Assembly: GCA_036172245.1 (NCBI GenBank)
Contig: JAYWIR010000019.1
Span: forward strand, 868,001-932,000
Length of the DNA: 64,000 bases
Direction: 5' to 3'
From: Raillietiella orientalis
Lineage: Eukaryota
In this document: one piece after another, positions 62,135-64,000 of the stretch
Layout of the letters: each line of letters begins with the position of its first letter
Position numbering within the stretch: the stretch's first letter is position 1
Translations under genes and position numbers: made by a program
The notes under the pieces: generated by a model
Database searches by the model: none
What the model was told of the DNA's origin: nothing
What the model saw: only the letters and a program-made list of their open reading frames with translations

Positions 62135-62739
62135 CGCAGAGTTTCATAAAATTTAATGCACACTTAATTTTACTTTACAACTTGGACAATGTGAACAGAC
62201 GCTACAATGCATGCAGTTTTTGCAATCCTTACATTACCATAATTTTTCCTATGCAGAAATTATGAAATGAAGATAATGTACACATGATTACATTTCAACT
62301 TATTTAGAAAATCCCAACTAACACAGAGGCATGCATTTGAAACGACAAAATACTCGAAAACACCTCTGCTGATGCACTTCACACCTACATACAAACATAA
62401 AAGCACTATGAAGCAAATGGAAAAACTAATTCCGATATTAATGGGCAAAAAGATTCTCAAACTCCATTAGTGGCGATGGAAAAGTTAACAAAGAATGCCC
62501 AGCCACAAGCTGAGGCTTTTACGATCCGAGTCGGTATAAGTGTGTACACGTCCTTTGTCACACCGAGATAACACACCGTCATGATTTGTTATCATCATCA
62601 TTTCAGCACGATCACGTAACGGAAAATATTCTGAATCTTTTGGTGACGAGACGTAAACCAGCTGGAAAGGACAAACTATTCGAAAGGAAGGCACATGGCC
62701 AAACAAACTGGAACAAAAAAAAAAAAAAGGGCAAACAAA

Positions 62740-62742
<3 letters not shown>

Positions 62743-62776
<34 letters not shown>
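62743..62776. repeat. (AC)17 microsatellite upstream of the BTB-psq ATG
   Basis: Read directly from the sequence. Confidence 0.95.
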
Positions 62777-62778
<2 letters not shown>

Positions 62779-62779
62779 T

Positions 62780-63800
62780 CCGTGATGTCACCGAAGAATC
62801 TGGAAAACTCATGAAAGCTCGTGCACCCGCCAGAGGAAAGAAAACACCGGGACGGGAACGGCACTGGCGCCATGGCGGGCAACGACGGACCGACCATCGG
62901 CCCAGCACGGCCGCCGGAAGACTTTTTGCACACCAACATCACACCATTTTCGTGCCAGCGCGGCACGGCATTCCCCACTCGCCTCGAGTTGCGTAAAAAA
63001 ATGAGCTTTGCCCGGTTGTTTCACCACGGAAGGAAATTGCATCCCCTCCTCCTCCTCCTCCTCCTCTCCTCCTCCTCCTCTCCCCCCCCCTTTCCCGAAC
63101 GGACTGTGATCGAGCCGGTTGCCCGTGAAACGAAATCGTGTTCCGAGACCGGTGACGCAGGCTGGCGGTTCCTTTCCTCCCATCCGGACCCCCTCGGCTT
63201 TCCACCGGAACTGGAAACACCCCCGAAGCATCCGTCGCTGCCTTTGCACACCCCAGAACCCACTTTCGCCACGCCGACATTCCTCGTTCTGCAGCGTAAT
63301 CGCATTCCTCCGGGAAGGCACGCACGCCCCGTGTCGGGCAAGTCGGAAGGGTGGGGAGGGGCCGCCCAAGAGGACCCAGAAGTTCGCTCAGGGATGATAA
63401 CCCCTGTCCGAAATAAAACGCAAGGAAAGTCGAAAAAGCTTCAGGCGCTGATTTTGCCTTTGCCAGGAAAGAAGGCCAAGTTCGACCTACACCCCCCTAC
63501 AATCGCGGGGGGCACGAAGGGAAAACGTGGGAAGGAACCCCGCGCTCACGCAGGCGGGAACAGAAATATACTGGCCACCGGATAGGTGGGCAATCAGATA
63601 GTAAGCCGATAAGAAGAGATACACCACACTACGCATGAACAGAAGAAAGCTTCCTTCTCCGCGGCCGTCGGAAAAGTTTCCCCGCGCCTCGGAGATCACA
63701 TCAGCGATGGACCGCACGTTTTCGCGGAAACAGTGAAACCGATAGCACGGATTGGTCCAGCAAAAAAACGGAGGCAACTCGTGGGTAAACAAGCCATCCG
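62780..63800 (-). promoter_or_regulatory. CpG-rich putative promoter/5' region of the BTB-psq gene
   Basis: Abrupt switch from a CpG-poor gene body to GC/CpG-rich DNA upstream of the ATG, with no recognisable coding motif. Confidence 0.45.
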
Positions 63801-64000
63801 CATTTTTGTTTACCGCGTCTCCAGTAGGGCGCTCTTGAAATGTTGAGGAATCCTTGCAAATGGAGCAGGACAGGAGGATCCCAATCTGTTCACGCAAGGA
63901 AAGATTTTGCAGCAGCTTCTCAGATGAAACGGTGGAAAGAACTCATCCTTCCAAAGACAATTTATGGAGAAGCAACGTCGGAATGGGATGGACTCGTGTG

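Overview
Eukaryotic, almost certainly arthropod, genomic DNA: it has a ttk-type BTB/pipsqueak gene, an insect-like Trh N-terminus and very short GT-AG introns of about 40-60 nt. Eight spliced protein-coding genes can be reconstructed: a 5'-partial SCLT1/SDCCAG8-like coiled-coil gene (+), NUP37 (-), WDR77/MEP50 (-), SNAPC3 (+), eIF1A (+), a CIB2/3-like EF-hand gene (+), tryptophan hydroxylase (+) and a BTB-psq transcription factor (-). There are two tRNA genes, Arg-CCT and Asn-GTT. Intergenic blocks are filled with nested, decayed non-LTR retrotransposons (Tx1/L1-like and R1-like); two insertions have clear target-site duplications. The window is a sharp mosaic of AT-rich, CpG-poor housekeeping genes and a very GC/CpG-rich domain (about 36.3-57.5 kb) holding CIB and TPH. 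The most unusual signal is that the long GC-rich introns of TPH and CIB are built of nested inverted repeats, including a roughly 100-bp duplex, some closing near the splice sites. This suggests structure-assisted splicing in a short-intron genome. All identities come from motif recognition by eye; no searches or folding were run, and TE boundaries are approximate.
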